The notes under the pieces were generated by a model that worked only from the letters and a program-made list of their open reading frames with translations, had not been told where the DNA came from and made no database searches. A stretch of 63,524 nucleotides of DNA, the filler included, from Hyphochytrium catenoides (lineage: Eukaryota; Protista; Hyphochytriomycota): assembly GCA_900088475.1 (NCBI GenBank). It is 9 parts of 9 records of this genome, joined end to end, with 100 filler letters (N's around TTAATTAATTAA, not from the genome) between each part and the next. Parts side by side here need not be neighbours in the genome. Positions count along the whole stretch, not along the records: positions 1 to 27,096 come from FLMG01004220.1; 8 more parts are not named here. One strand, written 5' to 3'. Positions 1 through 13,558 of this stretch are shown here, in pieces. The first letter of the stretch is position 1. The number at the start of each line of letters is the position of its first letter. The translations under genes and the position numbers were made by a program.

Positions 1-126
1 GAGAGAGAGAGAGAGACAGGGAGGCGAGTCTGGAGGGGAAGAGAAAGAGAGAGACAAGAATGCAAGGAGAGAAAAAGAAAGAGAGAGGAGGACAGAAGAA
101 GAGAGCAAGAAAAGAGAGCTACTTAC

Positions 127-823
127 CAGCCTTTGGTGCCAAACTCCTTCTCCATCTTAGCGCGAATGTAGGAAGCCATGGCCGTATATACCTTCCCTGT
201 CTGAGAGAGCGAGAGAAGGGGGATGGGAGCCAGGTTTGAGTCAATTGCAGGAAGGGGCTACGCTGCTGGAGAGGAAGGAAGAATGAAGGGAAAGAGATAG
301 GAAGAAGTACGAGGGACAAAGCTGGGTAAGGTCAAGGAATCTGCACAGAGAGAGAGAGGGACGAGAGAGAGAGAGAGAGAGTGTGTGTGTGTGAGAGAAC
401 AATAGCGGGAAAGAGTGCCCGTGAGAGAGAGGACCAGAAAGCTGATAGGACGACAAAAGGAGAAAGATCTGTAGGACGGAAAAAAAGGAGTGGCCATCGC
501 GACTCTTCCGGCTCTTCCACTTTCTTCCTCTCTTTCTCTTCTATGGACCCTACCTCTGCTCTTTCACTCTCTGTCTTTCCCTCTTTTCCCCTTCCTGTTG
601 CTGATCTCTATTCCTCTCTGCCTGCCTTGTCTGATTTCTTGCTAGAAGTAGCTATTCGCCCTACTCTTTCCTCCTTCTCTCTCACCACTGTCTGGCTCTG
701 AAAGGCCTCCTTGGCAATCTGCACAACCGTCTCCAGCACGTTATCTGCCATATCTTCAGCGTAGACTGTCGTCTTATAGAAGCTGTCTCCGCGCTCTCTG
801 TCGGCCTTCACAAGCTCCGCCAT
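127..823 (-). CDS. Dynein light chain type 1 (LC8-like), 5' part; the remaining exon(s) lie outside the window
   Basis: Exon 1 (ATG at 823) reads MAELVKADRERGDSFYKTTVYAEDMADNVLETVVQIAKEAFQSQTV. After a GT-AG intron, exon 2 (~201-127) reads TGKVYTAMASYIRAKMEKEFGTKGW and ends at a gtaagt donor. This matches the LC8 pattern DM...A..A...A.YI+..+++.FG..W. Confidence 0.75.
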
Positions 824-872
824 TCTTTCTTTGACCTCCTTCTTCCTCGTTGGCTTACTCTTGCTCTCTGCG

Positions 873-904
<32 letters not shown>

Positions 905-2343
905 CTTCTTCTCTTTCCGCTGCCTGTTATCGTCGTGAAGTTGCTCTCTGAAGGTTGGTTAATATTCGCTTCTCTCTTCAGTAAGATCACCAGGGGAGCT
1001 AGTATAGAAGTCAAAGGGCAGTTCCAGTGCTTCTTCTTCTCCTTATGCTGTCTCTATGGCGCCCCTACAGCAGAGGATAGATGATTGAGCTCATCCTCCT
1101 CAGGTCCGCAGCGCAGCAGTCAGCAGCCTCAGCGCTAGTGAGAAGAGAGAAGGGAAGGTTCGACTCTTATGCTGAAGAGAGATGTTGGATGACTTGTGGA
1201 GACCTTGGGTTGTGCCTCTTCAGAGGCTGCGCTTCTCATCAACAGCTTCCTTTCCTTTCCTTTCCTTTCTGGTTTTTTTGAGTGTCTCTCTCCTTTCTCT
1301 TCTTCTTCTTCTTTCTCTCTCTCTCTTTCGGTCTCTGTTTCGTCCGTGCGTGTCTCTCTTTCTGTGGCTGTTATCTCAGTTAACCCTAAGATATTGTGTC
1401 TCTGTCTTACTTTTTGTTTCTCTGTCTCCCCTCTCTTTGTCGTCCTCTCTCACTCTTTCTCTCTCTTTCACGAAACGGCATCAGCTGGAGGGACTACAGG
1501 ACTGTCCGAAATCCGCTAAAGTACGAAATCCTCACTTTTAGACATGACTTTGTACGATTTCAATGTTTAATCTCCCTTGACTTCATAGCAACAGGTAGTA
1601 CTTGTAAGTGTAATAAGTCTCGTTTAGTCGGCTTTAAAACCGTACAAGAGACGGTTTCGCAGCCTGCTTCACTCCATTGTCTCCTCCTTCCTCTCTCTCT
1701 CTCTCTCTGTCTCTCTCTCTTTTCCTCTCTCTCTCCTCCCTCTATCTTGCCCTTATTAACTCTTTCTCCCTGTGACTCTTCGTTCGTGCTGTGTCATCGC
1801 AGCCGTTCTTTCACCCAGGACAAAATGCTGCTGCTGGTGGCTCAGCTAGTTATTGCGGTTGTTGTCTCTTCCATCCAACGGAGACGACAAGGTTAATGCT
1901 TCAACAAGGTAATGCCCCGCACCCAGAGCGTGGCAGCCGGGATATTGTTAGCATTAGGGAGCAATAAGAAGGAAGTAAAAAAGCTAATCACCGTCGATGA
2001 TAGGGAGAACTGTTGTTTGAAAGAAGGGAGGAAGAAGACTTTTAAACCAGCAACGAGGAAGAGAGAGAGTAGTAGCAAGGAGGGGATCGTAGCAGGTGGT
2101 GGCAGAAGACATGACTGATTGGGCAAGCGGGAAAGGAAGAAGATAACTTTGATGCAACAAACAGTCGCCATGGTGCATGCTCAAATCAGCACCACGCGGG
2201 TTAGCAAGGAGAAGTAGAGACGGACGGGAACATAGCGACGACACCACGAGCGAGAGAACCAGTTCCGCCATTAAACAGACCAACAAGAGAATGGCTCCTA
2301 TTAATTCTAACGGCGATAGAGGGGACTATAGTTCACAGCGTCA

Positions 2344-3432
2344 TCAGCGGTCGTCAGAGGACGAGAGAGCCCGCGCCATGACAATGACAACGTCACTTGG
2401 CAAAGAGAAACCTTCTTCTCTGATTTTCTCTTTCTCTCCTCCAATGTTCTCTACTAGCTTCTCTAGGAAGATTCTTTCCCAGGCCTCCTCTGTCTTCTTG
2501 TTACTCGCCTGCTGGCCTTCATAAAAAGCTAAGAAGTCTTGCACTTTGTCAAACCTCATGGGGAGAGACAGAGTCTCCACTTTAAGTACTTCAAAGCCAG
2601 TCTCTTGTAAGAGAGACAGGTACGGCTCCAGTTTCCACAGAGAGAACGAAGAAAACGGTGTCTCTTCCATCTCTTTTACTGTCAACGGCTCCTCCCCCGC
2701 GAACCAGCCCCTCGCCTGCTTTAAGACTCTGAGAAACGGGACTTTGGAGGGGTGGGGCCAGTGAGAGGAGAGAAGTACACCTCCTTGCCCTCTAAGCAAC
2801 GTATGAAAGATGCCCAAGGTTTCCTTAAACTCCCGAACGTAGGGAAGACACAGAGAAGTTACGATGGCATCGTAGTTGCCTCTCCTCCCCTCTTCTTCCT
2901 CTCTCTCTGTCCCAGCGCCACGAGCAGCTCCGTTCTGCAGTTGGTCCAAAAGAGGACTGTCGGGGTCTATCCTTAGCAATACCATAGAAGAGGAAGCCTG
3001 GGCAGCTGAAGGGGTGGAAGAGGAAGATGAAGGAGAGGCATGTCTCGCTTCACCTTTCCTATCAAGGGCTAGGACCAGAGCGGCGTGTCTCTCCTTTGCT
3101 CTGGCCAGCATCTCTTCTGACCAGTCCGCCGTCACCACGTGAATGGGCCGAGAGACCAATCCATCTAACGCTGCATTGAGGATGGTGAGGGAAGGCTCAC
3201 CTGTTCCTGCGCCAAAGTCTAAGACGACCGCTCCCTTGTTTCTCTTTAGTCCTTCTCCCTTCTCTTTCTCTTCCTTTTTCTCTTCTTCATGATGCCTATC
3301 CAGCCCTTGATCTAGAAGCTCTGTCATGCGCGTATAGAGAGGCTGGAAACGGGTACGGAGTATCGGGTCATACTTTGGCGCCAGAGCGTTCCAGTCTTGC
3401 ATTGCAGCTTGATCCTCCTCTAGCTGGGGCAT
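2344..3432 (-). CDS. Class I SAM-dependent methyltransferase, intronless, 362 aa
   Basis: Motif I VVLDFGAGTGEPS, post-I VVTADWSEEMLARAK, motif II YDAIVTSLCLPYV, and motif III-like FHTLLRGQGGVLL. Confidence 0.85.
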   Translation of the reverse strand: MPQLEEDQAAMQDWNALAPKYDPILRTRFQPLYTRMTELLDQGLDRHHEEEKKEEKEKGEGLKRNKGAVVLDFGAGTGEPSLTILNAALDGLVSRPIHVVTADWSEEMLARAKERHAALVLALDRKGEARHASPSSSSSTPSAAQASSSMVLLRIDPDSPLLDQLQNGAARGAGTEREEEEGRRGNYDAIVTSLCLPYVREFKETLGIFHTLLRGQGGVLLSSHWPHPSKVPFLRVLKQARGWFAGEEPLTVKEMEETPFSSFSLWKLEPYLSLLQETGFEVLKVETLSLPMRFDKVQDFLAFYEGQQASNKKTEEAWERIFLEKLVENIGGEKEKIREEGFSLPSDVVIVMARALSSSDDR

Positions 3433-4948
3433 CCTTACGCTTCTTCTCTGCTGTTATCTATCTTTTCGCTTACTTTGTCCTCTCCCTCTTTCAGCCGTTG
3501 CACAGGCGGGCCTTGGGCTCTTTCTCTCCCGGTGGACCTTCAGTCCTAATGACTGTCTCCAAGTTCTATCTTCACTCCTCTGTACTGCCACTTGCACAAT
3601 TGCGAGGAAGATTGAAAGTGGAAAGAGTGACAGAAGAGGACCAACCCTGCCGGACCAGCAACGAAACGAACATGAAAGAATAATATGAGAGTAAAAGATG
3701 TAGCTGGACTGTCTGTCATTGGTCATTGGTGGCCTTTGCCACCGGGAGGAGGGAGCAGCAGGAAATAGAGATGACAAGACAAGAAAGAGGAGGAGGGAAA
3801 GGAAGCGGAGGATAGACAGACAGAATAATACTGCACTTCTCCTCCGTTGACAACCAGCTGGAGGGGATGATGGTTGAAGATGCCAAGAGCAAAGCATGCC
3901 GCTAACGGGCTTATCACAGCTGTTGTGTGTGTCTCTTTCTCTCCGAAGATCCACGCCTCCTCCTCTCTCCAAAGAATAGGAAAAATGCACCACTTCTTCT
4001 GCCTCCGTCCTGGATCAGAAGCTGGCCGAGAGAAGGGTTCTTTGGGTAGAGAGAGAGAGAAGAGAGAGAGAGAGTATGGCGTTGGTAGGAACTAGGGTTT
4101 GAACCCCGTGTTAGCGGATGTCAATCAGGCCTTGTAACCACTGCTGGGTTACTAGAGAGGTCAAGAAGTGCCATAGGCCCAAGAATCTCTCATGGAGAAG
4201 AGGGATTCCTGCTTATCATAAGTACTAGGGCAAATCTCGTATCGTCCCCTCTGCCCGCTTACTCTCTCTCTTCTTGGACGCCTCATTGCAGCTGCCTCCT
4301 GCCCCTATCCTGGCATCCTCTCTGACTCTACCCCTTCTTTCTCTTACACTGCGCCACTCTTTTCTGTGCATCGACAGTACGGATGTGCAATATCGATAAC
4401 ATCTTGTCTTGGGGACTTTCCTGTCTTCATTCTTCTGCCTCTTCCCGTATGACCTGATCCGCAGGGCCTACCCTAGTCCTTCAACTGCTTCGCTCAAGCC
4501 CCTCTAGGTTAATCCTATATGCCACTTCGAGACTACGAGCCGCGATCTCCATCCTCTCATCTACTTCCGCAGACATCTAGAGATTCATGGCGTGTCGGTC
4601 ATGGCGTATCGGTACGGGCGTTAGAGAGAGAATCTAACCACTGCTGGCACTATAAGTTCCAAGAGATACCAATGCCCTCGACCTTTCAAGGGCCTTGCTC
4701 TTTCTCTTTGCTTGCTGCACCTTCACGTCGGTAGGATTTTGAGTTCAGCCCGCATAAGGAGCTCTGCGAAGCTCCGGGATAGTGAGTCTTCCGTTGCCCG
4801 TCACCAGGAGAGAGGATGCTTCCAGCATGGCCTTCAGCATCTTGCTGATGCTAATTGCCGCGCTTGTTTTGCTTTTCACGCTGTTCTTCAGCTCCTCTCC
4901 GCGCCGTATCCCGCGAAATAGGTAGAAGCTGCTTAATCTTCAAGAACT

Positions 4949-6058
4949 TCATCCCCAAGCGCTGTTCATGCTATAGTTCATCACCAGGGTACCATTCACC
5001 TGAAAGCACTAAATTACGAAGAAAATTTCTTAGCCCATCGAGAAAAGCTCTAACGCCAAAAAAGAGAGAGTGCATCGGTGGTAATTGTATTATAAAGTGC
5101 AAGAGATGCATTTGCTCAGAGGAAATTTTTTAGACCGCCGGACGGTGGAGGTGGCCGGGCGCGAACAAGCCAAAGCAAGACGGCGTAGAAGGAACTCTCA
5201 CCAAGCAGCGAAAGGTCACGAAGACGGCAGAGCCGGCAAGAGCACTACTTATTAAGAGCAGCAACAAAGTAGAAACAGATTGGAGGTGGAAAGGGATGTA
5301 GGAACAGCAAGAAGGCACAAGAGATGAGAGCAGAATGGAAACAAGATGGATCAGCAAACCTCATATAGCTGAGCGAGTGTGTCGTCGGGGCTCGGCGCAA
5401 AGGCAGCATTTACATAGAGGATCTATAACAGCAGAAGGAGTGGGTTTTGTGAGCCCTGCTTCTAGGTTCATTGATTGAGAAAGACATGAGACTTTGTCGA
5501 AGTAGACTTTGAGGGCCAGACTTCTACAGGTGTGAAGAAAGAGAGGTAAACGCGCACCAGCGGATCAGACTCTGAAAGCTTCAGCTGCTTTCTAAGAAAT
5601 GCAATGACCTGGGAGAGTTGAAGAGCACCATTTATGAGTGAATAGACGAAACATCGGGGGCGGAATGGTAAGAGATTGATTGAGGTGATGCAAAGTGGAA
5701 AGAAGGGTAACAGAGAACAATTGGATTCTATGAAGGACAGGCTACACCAAAGGCTTAGGCTAAGTGTGATGCGCACGATGAGGTTGGGAGGACCCGTCTT
5801 GCATACCACATGTACCGAATCCGAGGAGCTTACAAGGAACTTGTTCTTCTTCATGATGGGTGCACTCCCCACTGCCATGAACTGAAGCTTAACTGAGGAA
5901 GTTCCTTAGTTCCTCGTCTCCTTCTGCTCAACTGAGTGCTAGTTACCTTTCTCTGGTGCCAACTTTCTCCCATGAGAACTCACAGAAGCAGCAGATACAG
6001 TCCCTGGTAGACCTTCACTAGTCACCTGGTTAGCATCGCCAGCCTTTTCTTCTTCCAT
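4949..6058 (-). CDS. ATG12: Ubiquitin-like autophagy protein ATG12, 5 exons
   Basis: GT-AG splicing gives MEEEKAGDANQ...KVKLQFMAVGSAPIMKKNKFLVSSSDSVHV|VIAFLRKQLKLSESDPL|ILYVNAAFAPSPDDTLAQLYE|CFQVNGTLVMNYSMNSAWG*. It has the ATG12 motifs AVG.APIMK, F.PSPD and the terminal AWG. Confidence 0.95.
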
Positions 6059-6957
6059 CCTCAGTGCCGCTTAACTCACGCTATGTCGCGCGGTAACCGT
6101 AAGTAATCGTAGAGAAACTGTAATAACTGTCTTCCTTCTCCCCTGGTAGCGATTCCTCGGTCTCGAGGTGAATGCTTGCTACTGAAGTGCGTGGCAAAGT
6201 GTTCTGATCTTCAAGATCTTCTTAGGACCTTGCGGCTGCTCATTCAGACAGAGCTTTCCTGCAGCTGCCTGCTCCTGCATGGCAAAAGCTGGTGATGTTC
6301 TGAAGCTTTCTCAGTTGCTGTATGAGGCTCTTCCTGATCTTGAGCTTTCCTCTACACCGCAACCCTAGTTATGTTCAGCCGCTAACGGTATTATAATGGT
6401 AGCTGTGCTCAACCTCAATGTTGCCAAGGCAGATCGTTAGCAAAGATGAAAGACGGATGCATGGAGGGAATATGTTCTACACGGTCAGTCGAGGATGCTC
6501 TTTTATCGTGTCCTCCTCTTGTCATGACCACTGACAAACGCTGTTCCCCTGTAGGCATTGGATCCTGGTACAAAGGCGTGTTGAGTAGTGGTAGCGACTA
6601 AGTATTAACTCTGCAGGAGATGATGATAGTCTTTAGAGGTTCTCAGACAACGGATAAGTCATGTCTGCAGTTGCTGTGAGGGCTTTGTGCCATGTACATT
6701 GTGCGGAAGTGGCCTTATGAAGAAAATTAAACGACACTTGTTCATCAACTATCCTCCTTCGCCCAAATGAAGAAGCATGAGCAAGGACGTTGGCTTTTAT
6801 GGGCCCTCAGCTAACTTGGAAGCGCTCTGAGCTCTATGACTAAGCAGTGCATGTGGCCAGCTTCACTCTATACGAGGGCCAACCGTATAAACCATAAATA
6901 AGTAACTAGACTCTAGGCCAACAGTTTTTGGTTCCATATGGCAGACTAGCCTCACAA

Positions 6958-7552
6958 TTAGGCGGCAGCAGGATCTTTTGCCCTGTATGGGATGCCCTTG
7001 TCCCTTAGATAGCGAAGTATGTGATCAGGTAGAGTTCCATTCACCTCAACGGCATAGCAGCCAGGTTTGAAGCGTGCTGTGCCAATATTTGGCGCCAATG
7101 CAGAGTAGTGCATGGAGTGGGGAGATAGAGTTAGGAGAGTTATACGTTATCCTAGATATAACAGTCAGCACACTGCGTACCTATTCTTTGCCACTTCGCA
7201 ACCCAGCTTTCAGTAGGATAGAGAACCGAGATCATGCTAAAGAAGGAGGTGAGGGTGATGTCCCTTAAGCCCAATAAATCAATCGCGAAGCTCTACTTAC
7301 CCGTCAAAATATGGGCTCGTGCATTCAGAAACGCGATCTTTGTTCTCCTCCATCTCTAAGAAAGGGCAGTTGTCGCAGCCCTGCTCATAGAACTGCAAGG
7401 GTTGTCAGCAATATCGATGGAAATAACTAACAGAAACTACCTGCCTGAGAAAAGCCCTTGATGAGAGAGCAAACGAGGCAAGCTCTCAATTGACGCAAGT
7501 CTACGGGTATCTCCGCGTGTTCAAAGTCTTCTTCGTCATCGTTATAGTTCAT
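6958..7552 (-). CDS. SPT4: Transcription elongation factor SPT4, multi-exon
   Basis: Exons encode LRQLRACLVCSLIKGFSQ, FYEQGCDNCPFL...RVSECTSPYFDG, MISVLYPTESWVAKWQRI and GCYAVEVNGTLPDHILRYL...KDPAAA*. These include the SPT4 zinc-finger CxxC pairs and the SWVAKWQR motif. Confidence 0.93.
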
Positions 7553-8383
7553 GATACCCCTTGAACGGCGTTGCCACAGACAGGCGTTGAACCCTCCACA
7601 AAGGTCGGCGTCGAATGACTTCTGACTTGTTGACGCCAACAGTCGAGAGCTACTTGGGCGGAAGGGCTAGTGGGCAAGAGAAGAGATCATCCCTAGTACA
7701 GCTGTAGCCTCACGAAGACGCACAGCTTATTTATACTACCGAACCCCGGCCTCTGCAGACAAGAACGGAAAATCTGCAGACCGACGAAGTTCAGGGAAGT
7801 AATTTGTGGCAGGGAACAGCCTTCGATAACCAAAGATATACTTTGACGAGTGATCCTTTTTATAGTTATCACCAAAAGAAAAACAACTATGCTGGATAGA
7901 GCCTAAGCTATCTGGGATAAGAATATTTCCATTCCGTATAGCAGCCTCACCTTCGTCAACCTTGATCATCATGTTGATTTTGGGTGTGAAGCAGAAGAAA
8001 GGAAGGAAGAAAGAAAGCAGAAAGAAAAGAAAGCCATGGAATTGGAAAATTGGAATTGTCGACCTGCCGCGCAATCGAAAAGCTCAAGATCCGAAAAACT
8101 CAACACGGCGCAACAAGGACTAAAAATCCTCATTGCGAGCTTAAAGACCGAAGGAAGACCAAGACCAGTTGCTTGAGAAATGGAGCCGCGTCTCGCATAG
8201 CTGGAGCTCGAGCAAGAGCGTTAGACTGAGCGCCAGTCTCCTAGCTCAAAAGAAATAATAGTCTTTCCGGTTACGCTGGAGGAAGCTTAGGAACTTTTAG
8301 GTTTAGTGACATTCGACCTCGCCAGCAGTGAGGCAGGGTTTTGTACCACCTGGCGCCACTGACGGCGGGAAAAGTAACAGAAC

Positions 8384-11300
8384 ATGGCGACAACCTTAGA
8401 GGAGATAGGAGCAAAGCTCTTAGACTTTTCAGTGCCGTTTGACCTGGACGCACTTGAGTCAGTGGTGTCGACCTGCAATGAAGCCAACAACCCACAGGTA
8501 ACCAGCCAGTTAGGCTTTGAGGCCATCAATTTCCTTTATCTCTGACTGCAGACCTCGACCCTTCTAGCGTCCTCTGGCCAATAAGATCATGATGGCCCTT
8601 CAGGAGCATCCTGAGTCATGGACAAGGGCAGATGTGATTGTAGAACAGGCCAAGCTACCAAATACACGCTTCTTCGGCCTGCAGGTGAGTCTCTTGAATT
8701 CGTAGTTTCGATCGCCACTTTGCTTAGGTTGTTTTGCCACAGTTATTAGAAGATACCATAAAATATAGGTGGAATGCCATTGGGAGTAAGCAGAGGGACG
8801 GCATCAAGAACTATATCGTCTCTAAGATTATCGCGGTAGGCTCCCTATTTATTGTCCTAGTTGATCTTATCGGGTTGGGCTAACGCGTTAATTCCTCTTT
8901 CTGGCCTCTGTTGGCGGGCATGTTTCCTGTCGTGGTACGGAACAGCTATCGCAGGATGAGGCCACTATGGTCAAGGAGAAAGTGTTTCTGAACAAGCTTA
9001 ACCTAGTCCTTATCCAGGTAAGTCTCTTCTCTAGCTAGCCCATGGAAGAACGAAGAGAACAGCACCATTGAATCTTTGCTGTCAAACAGATCTTAAAGCA
9101 CGAATGGCCCCATAACTGGCCAACCTTCATCTCCGAGATTGTCACTGCGAGCAAGGTAAAGGATGGCGTTCATGTTCCCGTAGCTAGCAGCATAATGGTT
9201 TCGGCGTGCGCGCCATCGGCCGTTCTGTCTTCCTCTGTCCAGGAGTTTTGCAGTTCTGAGTTGTCGACTCCTTCCTTCACAGCCGCCAACTTTCCGTCGT
9301 TCCGCCTTCTCACTTGGTAATCTTCTTTCGCGTCGCATCCTGCTGCAAAGAACCTTTCCTCTCTCTCTTACATTATTGCCTGGAACTTTGTATCTTGCTA
9401 CCCATCAGACAAGTGAGATCATCTGTGAGAACAACATGAAGATACTGAAGCTTCTCAGTGAGGAGATCTTTGACTTCTCCAAGGACCAGATGACCTCACA
9501 GAAAATAAAGACAATGAAGGAGAGCCTTAATCACGAGTTTACTTTGATCTATCAGGTATGCGCATTTTTGTACTCGTACACCAGGATGATGACCTTACGC
9601 AAACTCTTCTTTGGCAGCTCTGTGAGTTTATCCTTGAGAACACTCAGCGGCCCTCCCTCGTGATTGTCGCACTGCAAACCTTTCTTCGCTTCTTATCCTG
9701 GATCCCTTTGGGTTACATCTTTGAGACTCAGATTATCCCGAAAATTATCAAGTACATGCGCATCCCCATGTTTCGCATTGATGCTGTGAGCTGCCTCACA
9801 GAAATTGCGGGTCTCACGGATGTTGGCACACAGTATGACCCTGTACTTCGAGAGCTCTATCTCAGCTTCATTACCCACCTTTCTCAGATTGTTCCTCCTG
9901 AAACCAACATTGCTGCCGCCTTTGATCAAGGGACGGACGCGGAGGAGGTGTTTATACAACGTGTCAGCTTGTTCCTGACCACCTTCTTTAAGGATCACAT
10001 CCGGGTGATCGAGGGGCAAGTTCAGACCTTGGGAGATGCCAACCACAACTCTCTTTTGATAGGGATGTCCTATCTCGTGAAGATTTCTATGGTGAACAAC
10101 GACGAGATCTTCAAAATTTGTTTAGATTATTGGCACTTCCTCTCTTCTGAGCTCTATACTTCGGACTCTTCCTTCAAAGGTCCTCAGCAAGTCCTGGCAA
10201 TCGGCCTCGGGTCTGCCCCGTCTCGTTCTCTGAAATTCCGAGCCATTCTTTCGCAAGTCCGAGTGGCGATGATCTCTCGCATGGCAAAGCCTGAGGAGGT
10301 TCTCATTGTGGAGGACGAGAATGGAGAGATTGTAAGAGAGACGACAAAGGACACCGAAGCGCTAGCTCAGTATAAGACGATGAGAGAGGCGCTAGTGTAT
10401 CTTACACACTTGGACTATGAAGATACAGAGAATATCATGCTTGACAAGCTTGCTAAGCAGGTAACACTAGATAGCACCGATTCCAAGAGGGGGTAGAAAC
10501 AGCCATGAAGCATTCACTAACCGCTACAGTGCAGCCGCGTAGATGGTATTTAGGCCTTGGATGGAGGAAAGTGGGACTTTTCAATAGTAGGCACAGATGG
10601 CGGGACAGAGTTCGGGAACGGTGCAGATTTTTGGAAGCGAAGCCTAGACTCAATTGGTTTCTGTTCTCCTGTTTGTATGGACAGTGCGATAACACCGAGT
10701 GGTCGTGGCATAACCTCAACACTCTGTGCTGGGCAATCGGTTCTATTAGTGGAGCCATGAGCGAAGAGGATGAGAAGCGGTTTTTGGTGATGGTAATCAA
10801 GGTGAGTTGAGGTCGTGCTCGAAGAGTTTAAGTAATTGGCTAATGTTTGGGGTGCACAGGACCTCTTAGGCTTATGCGAGATGAAGCGTGGAAAGGACAA
10901 CAAGGCGGTGGTGGCGTCTAACATTATGTATGTGGTGGGTCAATATCCACGCTTCCTGAGGGCGCACTGGAAGTTTTTGAAGACCGTGGTTAATAAGCTT
11001 TTCGAGTTCATGCACGAGTTGCATCCGGGCGTGCAGGTTAGACGCCCGCCTCTCTCACCCTTTTTGGCTTCAATCACTCTTGCTAATTATCTCTTGGCCA
11101 ATAGGATATGGCTTGTGACACCTTCTTGAAGATCAGTCAAAAGTGCAAGAAGAAGTTTGTCATGTTGCAACCCCAGGAGACAGAGCCTTTTGTGATGGAG
11201 CTACTGCACACGCTGCCAGCGATCATTTCTGACCTGGAGCCTCACCAGATCCATTCCTTTTACGAAGCAGTGGGATGTGAGTCATGTGCTTGGGAGCAGG

Positions 11301-13558
11301 ACGCACACTTGCTTCCTGTTGGCTCCTCACGGAGTCCTATTTCGCTTGTTGCCCCCTCTCTTTGCTGGCGCCGTGGCCTTTCCGTTCTGGCTTTATGGGG
11401 CGCATCATTTGCTCTCTACTCAACTACACAGCTCATGCATATTAGAATAACGTTCTCTCTGGCTCCTCCCGATAGGTATTATCTCTGCAGAGAATGATCC
11501 CCAGATGAGAGAACACCTTCTTCTTCGGCTGATGGCCCTTCCAAACGCCTCTTGGAAGAGCGTGATGTTGAACGCATCGCAAAGGATGGAGACGCTATAT
11601 GATCCAAACACGATCAAGGAGGTCTCCAAGATCATCAAGACCAACGTTAGCGTTTGCTCCACGGTCGGCCCATCGTTTGCTGCGCAGATGGGCGTCATTT
11701 ACATGGACATGCTGAATGTGTATAAGGCGTACAGCGAGCACATCTCAGCCACGGTGGCGGCAGAAGGGGAGCTTGCAACACGGAAGACATTGATCAGGTC
11801 AATGAGGTCAGCGAAGAAAGAAGCTCTGAAGCTTATTGAGGCCTTTGTAGAACACTCGACAGATCCTCAGGTGGGAGCTGTTGCAGGTTGATGGGAAGTA
11901 GCTTATCAGATGCTTAACCATCGCTTCCCTTTCCTCATAACCCTTTTCCTTCAAACCTTTCTGACAAAAAGATGGTCCGCAAGAACTTCATACCACCCAT
12001 GCTAGATCCTGTGCTTGGTGATTATCAGCGGAACATTGCACAGGCAAGAGATCCAGAGGTCTTGTCTCTGTTCGCGGCTATCATCAATAAGCTGAAAGCC
12101 ACGGTGGCAGAGGACGTGCCGAAGGTGCTAGAGGCCGTGTTTGAGTGCACGCTCCAGATGATCACACAGAACTTTCAGGATTTCCCCGAACATCGGATAA
12201 ACTTTTTCAAGTTGCTACAGGTAAACTTTTACTAGGCAAATAAAAAAAGCTACGGAGGCTACATCTCCTACGCAACGATGAGGAGGAAGAGACAGCTGAG
12301 ACGATAAACTTGCTAAGACGGAGACATTAGAAAGGCTGGGCCACAATGAGCGCCAGAATCGGAACGTGCCATCTTTCATCGATGTAATACCTGACCATTC
12401 TCCTCTCTTCAGGCTGTGAACTCCCACTGCTTCAGCGCTCTATTTAACATTCCTGCCAGCCATCAGAAGCTAGTGGTGGACTGCGTCGTGTGGGCCTTCA
12501 AGCATACAGAGAGAAATATTGCCGACACGGTAAGCAGCATAAAGAGTAGGTTCTGTTTGTTAAACTCTGCTGACGTACTGCTATTATTCTCCCTTCTAGG
12601 GTTTGGATATCCTCTATTCTCTGCTGCTTAACGTCCAGCAGAGCCCGGAGGTGGCCCAAGGATTCTACATGTCGTTTTATCTCTCTCTGTTGCAAGACGT
12701 GCTGAGCGTGGTGACTGATCGGCTGCATAAAAATGCCTTCAAGATGCACGCTACTATCCTGAAGCACCTGTTCCATCTCGTGGAGATGGGCCAGGTCACT
12801 GTGCCGCTGTGGGAGAGCATTGGGCAGAGCCAGCCTCAGGGCCAAACAAATCAGGGCTTTATGAGAGAATACGTGATGCATCTTTTAACCACTGCCTTTC
12901 CCAACGTCTCAAGGTAAGTCAATAGGTATACATTGATGAAGGAGGATGACAGTGTTGAACCATTTACCGTCTTGCCGCTGGCGTTTGTCAAAAATAATCT
13001 TTGATTCCCTTGGTCACTGAGAGAATCCTGTCACGGTCCTCGCTGTCTTTATGTGTGACAACCTTCTCATTGTCCTGGTGCTGATAATACTGCAGGCACC
13101 AGATTCAGGCCTTCGTGGTTGGATGCTTTAATCTGAAAAACGATCTTCCGGCTTTCAAGATGCATCTTAGGGACTTCCTTGTCCAACTTAAGGTAGAAGC
13201 GGCTTGCGGCCAGAGATAGTGATGATTGACGGAGAGAATGGGAGACGATACGCCAAGCATTCCCTATTGGGGAAATGGCTGGAGGGAAGGAGCAGTCCAT
13301 GGCAGGGTTACAGGGTTTGACCGCTTCGAGTTGTGGCTGGCTGAGGCAGTCGGCAAAAGAAACGAAGGGCAATAATGAATGCTAGATCAATACTAACATG
13401 ATCTGCAGGAGTTCTCGGGTGAAGACAACGCCGACCTCTTCAACGAAGAGCGGATAGCAGCACAGAAGCTGGAATCAGAGAAGCTGATGGCAGCGAAGCT
13501 TGCAGTGCCTGGGCTGGTGAACCCACATGAACGCCCAGACGATATGGCAGACTTATAA
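8384..13558 (+). CDS. XPO1: Exportin-1 (CRM1) paralogue A, complete, 16 exons; keeps the LMB-target Cys (TGC at 10875-10877)
   Basis: All 15 introns can be traced as GT-AG from [16 protein letters not shown] to [21 protein letters not shown]. Conserved CRM1 blocks include [10 protein letters not shown], the acidic loop [75 protein letters not shown] and [12 protein letters not shown]. Confidence 0.97.

Noticed and set aside
1471-1659. Possible MITE bounded by CGAAAC...GTTTCG
   Set aside because: Only 9 of 12 terminal bases match and the CA flank is 2 bp, which is compatible with chance.
6083-6900. Small plus-strand gene starting MSRGN (SERF-like)
   Set aside because: A donor follows, but no acceptor continues into the expected QR motif. 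Splice-like signals exist, yet I could not build a coherent protein.
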